Source: Patescibacteria group bacterium
GTDB lineage: Bacteria; Patescibacteriota; Patescibacteriia; 2-12-FULL-60-25
DNA length: 64,000 nucleotides
Reading direction: 5' to 3'
Assembly: GCA_041752935.1 (NCBI GenBank)
Contig: JBGSVN010000024.1
Coordinates: 32,262 to 96,261, forward strand
How positions within the stretch are numbered: the stretch's first letter is position 1; every line of letters begins with the position of its first letter. The position numbers and the translations under genes were made by a program. The notes beneath the pieces are model-generated. The model did no database searches, was not told the DNA's origin, and saw nothing but the letters and a program-made list of their open reading frames with translations. Positions 26,110 to 33,763 of the stretch are shown one piece after another.

Positions 26110-26185
26110 ATTACGAATTAAAAATTACGAATTAAAAATTCAGGAAATTCATAATTCATAATTCATAATTTTTAATTCTTAACAA
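26110..26185. repeat. dispersed repeat family 3 head plus short tandem CATAATT x3
   Basis: ATTACGAATTAAAAATTACGAATTAAAAATT followed by CATAATTCATAATTCATAATT. Confidence 0.7.
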
Positions 26186-26191
26186 AGAGTT

Positions 26192-26515
26192 ATGACTATC
26201 AATATACGCGCCATGAGCATGGAGCTGACCGAGGCCATCAAAAAGTACACGGAAGAAAAGATGACGGGTTTGGAAAAATTTTACGATAATATTATTCATA
26301 TTGAAGTGGATTTGGGCTTGGATTCCACGCATCACAATAAAGGTAAGATTTATAAATGTTCGGTTTTGGTGGATGTGCCTAACAAGCTTTTCCGGATAGA
26401 AAAACAAGAGAAGGATTTGTATAAAGCTATAGATAAGGTTAGAGATCATTTAAGGGAAGAAATAACAGCCTGGAAAGAAAAAAATCGTGAAACCTTAAGA
26501 GGTACGACCGTCTAA
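26192..26515 (+). CDS. hpf: ribosome hibernation-promoting factor / RaiA family (short form)
   Basis: MTINIRAMSMELTEAIKKYTEEKMTGLEKF...DLYKAIDKVRDHLREEI is typical of the HPF/YfiA sigma54-modulation-protein fold. Confidence 0.85.
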   Translation: MTINIRAMSMELTEAIKKYTEEKMTGLEKFYDNIIHIEVDLGLDSTHHNKGKIYKCSVLVDVPNKLFRIEKQEKDLYKAIDKVRDHLREEITAWKEKNRETLRGTTV

Positions 26516-26595
26516 GAGCGGGTTGTTTGCATTGATGTAACCGCTGTGTCGGGTTTTTTGACTTTAACTGATTTTATGCTTAATATGGGCGCATT

Positions 26596-29325
26596 ATGTC
26601 TATCATGAAAAAGATTTTCGGTGACCCGAATGAAAAGGTTATTAAGCAAATAAGGCCTTTCGTGGATCAGATAAATGCCCTAGAAACATCCATTAAAACT
26701 TTGACTGATGATGGTCTCAAACAAAAGACGCTTGTTTTTAAAGAGCGGCTGGCCAAAGGCGAGGCTCTGGATGCCCTCTTGCCTGAAGCTTTTGCTGTGG
26801 CCCGCGAAGCCTCATGGCGTAATCTTAAACAACGTCAGTATGATGTCCAGCTGATCGGTGGCTTTGTTTTGCATCGCGGACAGATTGCTGAAATGCGCAC
26901 AGGTGAAGGTAAAACTTTAACCGCCGTGGCGCCGGTTTATGTGAACGCGCTTGAGGGCAAGGGGGTGCACGTGATTACGGTTAATGATTATTTGGCCCGT
27001 CGTGATACGGTTTGGATGGGGCAGGTTTATCATGCGTTGGGTTTGACGGTGGGCTGCGTTCAACATGAAAGCGGTTATGTTTATGATCCTGCTTTTAAAA
27101 CCGAACCTGAGCATGATGAGAAAAGAGATGAAGTGGGTTCGTTTAAGGTGGACATGGATTATTTGAGGCCGGTTTCCCGCCAAGAGGCTTATGCTGCGGA
27201 TATCACCTACGGCACCAACAATGAATTCGGTTTTGATTATTTGCGCGACAACATGGTGGGTTCTGTGGGTCATATGGTGCAACGGGGTTTGAATTTTGCG
27301 ATTATCGATGAAGTTGACTCTATTTTGATTGATGAAGCCAGAACTCCGCTCATTATCAGCGGGCCGGCTGAAGAATCCAGCGAGATGTATTACCGTTTTG
27401 CAGAATTAGTGCCTCGTTTGGAAGTGGAGACTGATTATGTGATTGATGAAAAAATGCGTTCAGCTACCATTACCGAGTCAGGCATAGCTAAAATGGAACA
27501 GTGGTTGGGCATAGAAAATTTATACGCTCAAGGTGGAGTTAAACTAGTTCATCACTTGGAGAACGCGTTACGCGCTCATGCTTTGTATAAAAAGGATAAA
27601 GACTATGTGGTTAAAGAGGGCGAAGTTTTGATTGTGGACGAGTTTACCGGGCGTTTAATGGTTGGCCGCAGGTACAGTGAAGGCTTGCATCAAGCTATTG
27701 AAGCTAAAGAGCGGGTGTCCATACAACGTGAGAGTATAACTTTGGCTACCATCACGTTTCAGAATTATTTCCGCATGTATAACAAATTGGCCGGCATGAC
27801 GGGTACGGCTTTAACAGAGGCGGAGGAATTTTATAAGATTTATAAATTGGAGGTGGTGGAAATACCGACTAATAAAACATCACAGCGTAAAGATTTTCCG
27901 GATCGGGTCTATAAAAATGAAAAAGGCAAGTTTCAAGCCGTGGTGCAAGAAATCAAAAGGTTGCATGAGTCGGGCCAGCCGGTTTTGGTGGGTACGGCCT
28001 CGATCGAAAAAAATGAGATATTGGGAGAGTTGCTTAGAATGGAGGGTATTCCGCATAATTTGTTGAATGCTAAAAATCATGAGAAAGAAGGTGAGTGGAT
28101 CGCTCAAGCCGGCCGCCCAGGAGCCGTGACTGTAGCCACCAATATGGCGGGACGCGGCGTGGATATTATTTTAGGTGGCAATCCTCCGATCGAGGAACAG
28201 GCTGGAAAAGTTAGATCTCTGGGAGGTTTGCATGTATTGGGCACGGAGAGGCATGAAAGCCGGCGTATAGATAATCAGCTGCGGGGCCGTGCCGGCCGCC
28301 AAGGCGACCTGGGAACAACCCAGTTTTATGTTTCGCTCGAAGATGATTTGATGCGTATCTTTGGTTCTGACAATATGAAGAGGCGCATGGATCAATTGCG
28401 CATTCCGGACGATCAACCCATTGAGAGCAGGGTTTTATCCAAAGCTATTGAATCAGCGCAAAGAAAAGTGGAGGGGCATCATTTCGATGTGCGCAAGCAT
28501 TTATTGGAATATGACGATGTTATCAATAAGCACCGGTTGGCGATTTATACTCAAAGGCGTCAGATTTTGGAAGATGCGGCGCGAGCTACGGTGGAAGGCG
28601 AACGTCCGTTGAAAACCAGGATTTTGGAAGCTGTGGAAAGCGAGATTGAACAGACCGTGTTTTTTCATACGGGTGCTGAAGATCCGGCTTTTTGGAGCTT
28701 AGAAGAGGTTACTAAAGCTGTGAATGCTTTATTGCCATCAGAGATGGATGCTTCGGAAGTTATGCGGGATTTTCAAAAGCAAGCTGAAGGTAAGCAAGAA
28801 ATGGTAGAGCTGCGGACCAAGATAATCGAAGCTTGTATGAATTTGGCTCGTCAGGCCTATACCCGTATCGAGGAATCGGTGATTGACATGGGCTTCATGG
28901 CCGATATCGAGAAGGGGGTCTTGTTGCGGGCTTACGATGATTTATGGATAGAGCATTTGGATGCCATAGATCATTTGCGCAGAGGTATCGGTCTTCAGGG
29001 TTACGCGCAACACGATCCTTTGGTGGAATATAAACGTGAAGCTTATCGCATGTTCAATCAGTTGAATTCATTGATTAACAAGCAAGTGGCACATGCCATC
29101 TTTAAAATACCGGTCGCCCAACAAGTTGTTATGCGGCAGTTTCAAAACGCGGCCCTGAATAATCAGTCAATGATATTGCAAGGCGCGGCTAAAACTTCGG
29201 ATCAATTGGCCGATACGCAGACGAATAACCAGATTAATCAAGACCCCAAATATAAAGACGTGGGACGCAACGATGTTTGCCCTTGCGGCAGCGGCAAGAA
29301 ATATAAAAAATGCCATGGCGTTTGA
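26596..29325 (+). CDS. secA: preprotein translocase ATPase SecA
   Basis: MRTGEGKTL, DEVDSILIDEARTPLIISG, TNMAGRGVDI and the C-terminal Zn motif CPCGSGKKYKKCHG. Confidence 0.97.
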   Translation: MSIMKKIFGDPNEKVIKQIRPFVDQINALETSIKTLTDDGLKQKTLVFKERLAKGEALDALLPEAFAVAREASWRNLKQRQYDVQLIGGFVLHRGQIAEMRTGEGKTLTAVAPVYVNALEGKGVHVITVNDYLARRDTVWMGQVYHALGLTVGCVQHESGYVYDPAFKTEPEHDEKRDEVGSFKVDMDYLRPVSRQEAYAADITYGTNNEFGFDYLRDNMVGSVGHMVQRGLNFAIIDEVDSILIDEARTPLIISGPAEESSEMYYRFAELVPRLEVETDYVIDEKMRSATITESGIAKMEQWLGIENLYAQGGVKLVHHLENALRAHALYKKDKDYVVKEGEVLIVDEFTGRLMVGRRYSEGLHQAIEAKERVSIQRESITLATITFQNYFRMYNKLAGMTGTALTEAEEFYKIYKLEVVEIPTNKTSQRKDFPDRVYKNEKGKFQAVVQEIKRLHESGQPVLVGTASIEKNEILGELLRMEGIPHNLLNAKNHEKEGEWIAQAGRPGAVTVATNMAGRGVDIILGGNPPIEEQAGKVRSLGGLHVLGTERHESRRIDNQLRGRAGRQGDLGTTQFYVSLEDDLMRIFGSDNMKRRMDQLRIPDDQPIESRVLSKAIESAQRKVEGHHFDVRKHLLEYDDVINKHRLAIYTQRRQILEDAARATVEGERPLKTRILEAVESEIEQTVFFHTGAEDPAFWSLEEVTKAVNALLPSEMDASEVMRDFQKQAEGKQEMVELRTKIIEACMNLARQAYTRIEESVIDMGFMADIEKGVLLRAYDDLWIEHLDAIDHLRRGIGLQGYAQHDPLVEYKREAYRMFNQLNSLINKQVAHAIFKIPVAQQVVMRQFQNAALNNQSMILQGAAKTSDQLADTQTNNQINQDPKYKDVGRNDVCPCGSGKKYKKCHGV

Positions 29326-29386
29326 GTCAAACGATTGACAATTCTTGCTCTTTGGCTATTAATCAGATATACTTCGGCCGATAAAT

Positions 29387-31453
29387 ATGTCACAAACTTC
29401 AAAAAACACGGCCGGCGTTTCACGGGTTTCTATCAAACGCCGCATTGCTTTATTGGCCATACTTTTCGTGGTCGCAGGTTCATTATCTTATCCGGGTCCG
29501 GCTAATTGGTTGATAGATCAAACCAACAGCGCTTTGAGAACCAATTTTAGTCATATCAACAAGCCTTTTATCCTAGGCCTTGATTTGCAGGGCGGAACAC
29601 GCCTGGAATATGAGGCTGATGTGTCCCGTTTGGATCCGAGCAAACAAGCCGCGGCTTTGGACGGTGTTAAGGATGTGATTGAACGTCGCGTTAATTCCAT
29701 GGGTGTTTCCGAACCTCTGGTTCAAGTTACGCGTTCGGGTGACGATTGGCGCGTGGCAGCTGAATTGGCGGGTGTTAAAGACATCAATCAAGCCATTAAG
29801 ATGATTGGTGAAACTCCGATTTTGGAGTTCAAAGAAATCAATGAAGATCCGGCTCGGGAATTAACTGATGAGGAGCGTGCGCTCTTGGAAGAATCCGAAA
29901 AAACGGCGCGCATTAAAGCCGAGGCCTTTTTGGCTGAAGCTAAACAACAGCCCGAAAAATTCCAGGACATGGTTCGTGAATCCTCCGAAAATATTCCGCT
30001 AAAAGAACAGGGTGGAGACTTTGGTTTCATTAAGGACAACGTGCTATACGCCGAGGTTTACGCAGAAGCGGTTAATGTTCAGCCGGGAACGGTTTTAGAT
30101 AAGGTTTTTAGTTTACCTATGGGTGAGGTGGTGGTTAAGGTGGAAGAAAAGAAGGAGTCAGGTCAAGAGGTTAAAGCTCGTCATATTTTGATTCAATTTG
30201 CGGGCGCTTCTCAAGCTTCGGCCGACATTACCAGAACCAAAGAGCAGGCCTTGGAAGAGATTAAACGTATTAAAGAAGAAACCACAGGAGCTGATTTTAC
30301 GGATTTGGCTAAAAAATATTCCGAAGAGCCGGGCGCGGGTGAATCGGGCGGGGATTTGGGCTGGTTTGATAAAGGTGTGATGGTTGAAGAGTTCGAGAAT
30401 GCGGTTTATGCCATGTCTAAAGGAGAAGTTTCCGAACCCGTGGAAACCGCTTTTGGTTACCATTTGATCTATAAGGAAGATGAACGATCAGTCGAAGACG
30501 CTCGTGTCAGCGTGGCTATTTTTAACAAAACGCAAGAAAGCGATATTTTACCGCCGCAAGACGATTGGAAGGGAACGGATTTAACGGGCAAGCAATTGGC
30601 TAGCGCTATTCTGGATTTTGATCCCAATTCAGGTTCTCCTTTGGTATCCTTGCAGTTTGATGACGAAGGGGCTGAATTGTTTGCAGATATCACTAAACGC
30701 AACGTGGGTAAGCCGGTAGCCATCTTTTTGGACGGAGAACCCATTAGTGTTCCGACTGTGCAGAGTGAAATTTTAGGCGGTAAGGCTGTGATAACCGGTA
30801 CTTTTACAGTAAACGAAGCTAAAGTGTTGGCTCAAAGGTTGCAAGCCGGTGCTTTGCCCGTGCCGATTACCTTGATAGCCCAGCAATCGGTTGGGCCCAT
30901 GCTGGGAGCTGATTCGATCAAGGCTTCCATGGTGGCTGGTATGTGGGGTCTGATTCTGGTTTCAATTTTTATGTTGCTGGTTTACAGATTGCCAGGCTTG
31001 ATTTCGGTTGTGGCTTTGGTTGTTTATGGTGCCTTGTCCTTCGCGATTTTTAAGTCCTTGCCGGTAACTCTGACTCTCTCCGGTATCGCGGGTTTCATCC
31101 TATCGGTTGGTATGGCCGTGGATGCCAATGTGCTGATTTTTGAACGCTTGAAAGAAGAGCTTAAGTCCGGCAAGAGCTACACTTTGGCCATGGAAGAAGC
31201 TTTCAGACGTGCCTGGCCCTCCATCAGAGATGGTAATTTAACCACCATTATTGCTTGCGTGGCTCTGTATTGGTTTACATCCTCGGTTATTAAGGGTTTT
31301 GCCTTGACGCTGGGTATCGGAGTCATTATCTCCATGTTTTCAGCCATTGTGGTAACCCGTAATTTAATGAGATTCATAATTACACCCAGCCTGGCCTCCA
31401 AAATTGGCTGGTTGCTGCTTAAACCGCAACAGGATAAGGATAACAACAAATAG
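29387..31453 (+). CDS. secD: protein translocase subunit SecD carrying inserted parvulin-type PPIase module(s)
   Basis: SecD landmarks are LGLDLQGGTRLEYEA, VSEPLVQVTRSGDDWRVAAELAGV and the C-terminal 6-TM SecDF core. Between them lie ARHILIQFAG...GGDLGWFDKGVMVEEFENAVYAM...FGYHLIYKE (PpiC/parvulin) and an upstream partial copy (GGDFGFIKDNVLYAEVYAEAV). Confidence 0.85.
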   Translation: MSQTSKNTAGVSRVSIKRRIALLAILFVVAGSLSYPGPANWLIDQTNSALRTNFSHINKPFILGLDLQGGTRLEYEADVSRLDPSKQAAALDGVKDVIERRVNSMGVSEPLVQVTRSGDDWRVAAELAGVKDINQAIKMIGETPILEFKEINEDPARELTDEERALLEESEKTARIKAEAFLAEAKQQPEKFQDMVRESSENIPLKEQGGDFGFIKDNVLYAEVYAEAVNVQPGTVLDKVFSLPMGEVVVKVEEKKESGQEVKARHILIQFAGASQASADITRTKEQALEEIKRIKEETTGADFTDLAKKYSEEPGAGESGGDLGWFDKGVMVEEFENAVYAMSKGEVSEPVETAFGYHLIYKEDERSVEDARVSVAIFNKTQESDILPPQDDWKGTDLTGKQLASAILDFDPNSGSPLVSLQFDDEGAELFADITKRNVGKPVAIFLDGEPISVPTVQSEILGGKAVITGTFTVNEAKVLAQRLQAGALPVPITLIAQQSVGPMLGADSIKASMVAGMWGLILVSIFMLLVYRLPGLISVVALVVYGALSFAIFKSLPVTLTLSGIAGFILSVGMAVDANVLIFERLKEELKSGKSYTLAMEEAFRRAWPSIRDGNLTTIIACVALYWFTSSVIKGFALTLGIGVIISMFSAIVVTRNLMRFIITPSLASKIGWLLLKPQQDKDNNK

Positions 31454-31454
31454 T

Positions 31455-32366
31455 ATGCAATTAAACATTATCAAGTATCGTTACGTTTGGTTCGCTGTTT
31501 CCGGTGTATTGATTGGCTGCAGTTTGCTTTTTTTAGCTGTTTTTGGCTTAAAGCAAGGTATTGATTTAACCGGAGGATCCATGCTGGTGGTGCGTTATGA
31601 AGATCAAAGGCCAACGCCCATGGAAGCCGAGCAGGCTGTTTCAGCCTTGAATCTTGGAGGTATGGTTATTCAGCCCGTGGGTGAGAATGACATGAGTTTT
31701 AGAATGAAGACTTTGGACGAAGAGACGCATCAGAGTGTGCTGGCTGTCTTGCAAGAATCATTCGGCGTCATTAACGAACTGCGTTTTGATTCGATCGGTC
31801 CGGTTATTGGTCAGGAATTGCGTTCAAAATCATTAATGGCTTTGGTGATCGTGTTTATCGCCATTTTGATTTATGTTGGCTGGGCTTTCCGCCAAGTGTC
31901 TGTTCCGGTTAAGGCTTGGAAGTATGGTTTAATAACCATTATTACGGCCTTCCATGATATTATAATTCCGGTGGGCTTGTTTTCGTTGTTGGGCAAGTTG
32001 AATAATGTGGAAATCGGAACAGCTTTTATCGCGGCTGTCTTAACCATTATGGGTTATTCGATCAACGATACTATCGTGGTTTTGGATCGCGTGCGCGAGA
32101 ATTTGCAACGATCCACGGGCACGTTTGAAGAAATAGTTAACATTTCATTAAATCAGACCATTTTGCGGTCAATCAATACCACGTTCACGACTTTATTAGC
32201 TCTGGTGGCGGTTTACTTTTTTGGCGGAGAAAGTATTAAGGATTTCGCTCTGGCTTTGATTGTAGGTATTGCCACGGGTGCATATTCTTCTATTTTTATT
32301 GCCACTCCTTTGTTGGTCACTTGGCATAAAATTAGTTTAAAACGCAAGGCCGCCAGGTCCAGATAA
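31455..32366 (+). CDS. secF: protein translocase subunit SecF
   Basis: MQLNIIKYRYVWFAVSG..GIDLTGGS... and the C-terminal TM core INDTIVVLDRVREN. ATG 31455 lies 1 nt after the secD stop. Confidence 0.92.
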   Translation: MQLNIIKYRYVWFAVSGVLIGCSLLFLAVFGLKQGIDLTGGSMLVVRYEDQRPTPMEAEQAVSALNLGGMVIQPVGENDMSFRMKTLDEETHQSVLAVLQESFGVINELRFDSIGPVIGQELRSKSLMALVIVFIAILIYVGWAFRQVSVPVKAWKYGLITIITAFHDIIIPVGLFSLLGKLNNVEIGTAFIAAVLTIMGYSINDTIVVLDRVRENLQRSTGTFEEIVNISLNQTILRSINTTFTTLLALVAVYFFGGESIKDFALALIVGIATGAYSSIFIATPLLVTWHKISLKRKAARSR

Positions 32367-32404
32367 AATCACAAGGTTCAGCCCTTTCTGCGTGTTTTAT
32401 AGTG

Positions 32405-32413
32405 TGCTAATAT
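32405..32413 (+). promoter_or_regulatory. extended -10 TGCTAATAT, 6 nt upstream of ATG 32420
   Basis: TGn+TAATAT. No SD lies between the box and the start codon. Confidence 0.45.
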
Positions 32414-32419
32414 ACTGGC

Positions 32420-33760
32420 ATGGGGGAATTATTAGCGTTCGATATTAACGCCTTGTTGAATACCATGGGGGAGAGCCCGTTCCAGGCCATGCTTTATATT
32501 CTCACGCATGGTGGTTGGTTGGTTTTTATTTATGTTTTTTGGTATCTTTTTAAGTTAGGCTGGCTGGAGTGGCGGCAGACGTTGCACATGAGGCAAAAAC
32601 AATGGATTATACTGGCTATAGACGTGCCTAAAAATACAGAAAAAGATCCTGGTCAAGCCCTGCGAGGAGTGGAAAACATTTTTGCACACTTGGCCGGAGC
32701 ACATTCCAGTCATTCATGGGTTGATAAATGGTTTAAGGGTGCGATTCAAGATCAGATTTCTTTTGAGATAATTTCCATCGAGGGTAATATTCAGTTTGTA
32801 ATTTTTACAGCCAGGCATTTCCGTGATTTGATTGAAGCTTCTATATATTCACAGTATCCGGAAGCTCAAATTTCCGAAGTGGAGGACTATACCAAGCAAG
32901 TACCGGCTTCATATCCTGACCCGGAATATGATGCTTGGGGCACGGAAATGATTCCGGCGCCCAATAAGTTGAGTTCGGATATTTTTCCGCTTAAAACTTA
33001 TCCGGTTTTTGAGCATTCCATGAGCGGTGAATTGAAAGATCCTTTGGCTGTTCTATTGGAAGGCTTTTCGCGTTTAGGGCCGGGTGAACAAGCTTGGTTG
33101 CAGTTCGTGGCCGTGCCTATTGAACAGAAGGAATATCAGCAAAAAGGCCAGATCGTTGTAAAAAAGTTAAAAGGAGAAAAGATAGAAAGCAAACCAAGCT
33201 TATTGGAACAGGTGGTTTTGGCTCCGTTTAATTTGTTTGTCATGGTTGCCAATGAGCTCATGGGGTCTTCGGCCGCGCCGGCTAAAAAAGATGAAAAGGG
33301 CATGGATTTAAGGATGTTTAATCTAAGTCCGGGTGAACGCAAGGTGTTGGAGGCTACAGAGAATAAATTGTCTAAAATCGCTTATAAAACCAAAATCAGA
33401 TTCATGTATATTGGCAAAAAAACGGTTTTTAAAAAGCCTAAAGCGATCAATTCTTTTGTGGGTTTCATGAAACAAATGAACGCCAATGACATGTTATCGC
33501 TTAAACCTGAAATGCGTAAAGTTGGTTTGAGCAGCGGTTTTTGGTTTTTTAAAGACAAGCGAAACAATTGGCATAAAACAAAATTGATGTCGCACTATAA
33601 AACGAGATCAGCTTGGGACGGCATGCCGCCGCATTATATGTGTACTGAAGAGTTGGCTACTTATTGGCATTTTCCGCATACCTTTCAGGTGAAAGCTCCT
33701 CATTTAAAAAAGCGTGAAGCCAAAACGGTTGAGCCTCCGTATAATTTGCCGCAGGTCTAA
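32420..33760 (+). CDS. membrane protein partner of the T4CP-like ATPase, unknown function
   Basis: 446 aa. Two N-terminal TM helices are followed by a large soluble domain that ends in EELATYWHFP. Its stop is 3 nt before the ATPase gene. Confidence 0.6.
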   Translation: MGELLAFDINALLNTMGESPFQAMLYILTHGGWLVFIYVFWYLFKLGWLEWRQTLHMRQKQWIILAIDVPKNTEKDPGQALRGVENIFAHLAGAHSSHSWVDKWFKGAIQDQISFEIISIEGNIQFVIFTARHFRDLIEASIYSQYPEAQISEVEDYTKQVPASYPDPEYDAWGTEMIPAPNKLSSDIFPLKTYPVFEHSMSGELKDPLAVLLEGFSRLGPGEQAWLQFVAVPIEQKEYQQKGQIVVKKLKGEKIESKPSLLEQVVLAPFNLFVMVANELMGSSAAPAKKDEKGMDLRMFNLSPGERKVLEATENKLSKIAYKTKIRFMYIGKKTVFKKPKAINSFVGFMKQMNANDMLSLKPEMRKVGLSSGFWFFKDKRNNWHKTKLMSHYKTRSAWDGMPPHYMCTEELATYWHFPHTFQVKAPHLKKREAKTVEPPYNLPQV

Positions 33761-33763
33761 AAT

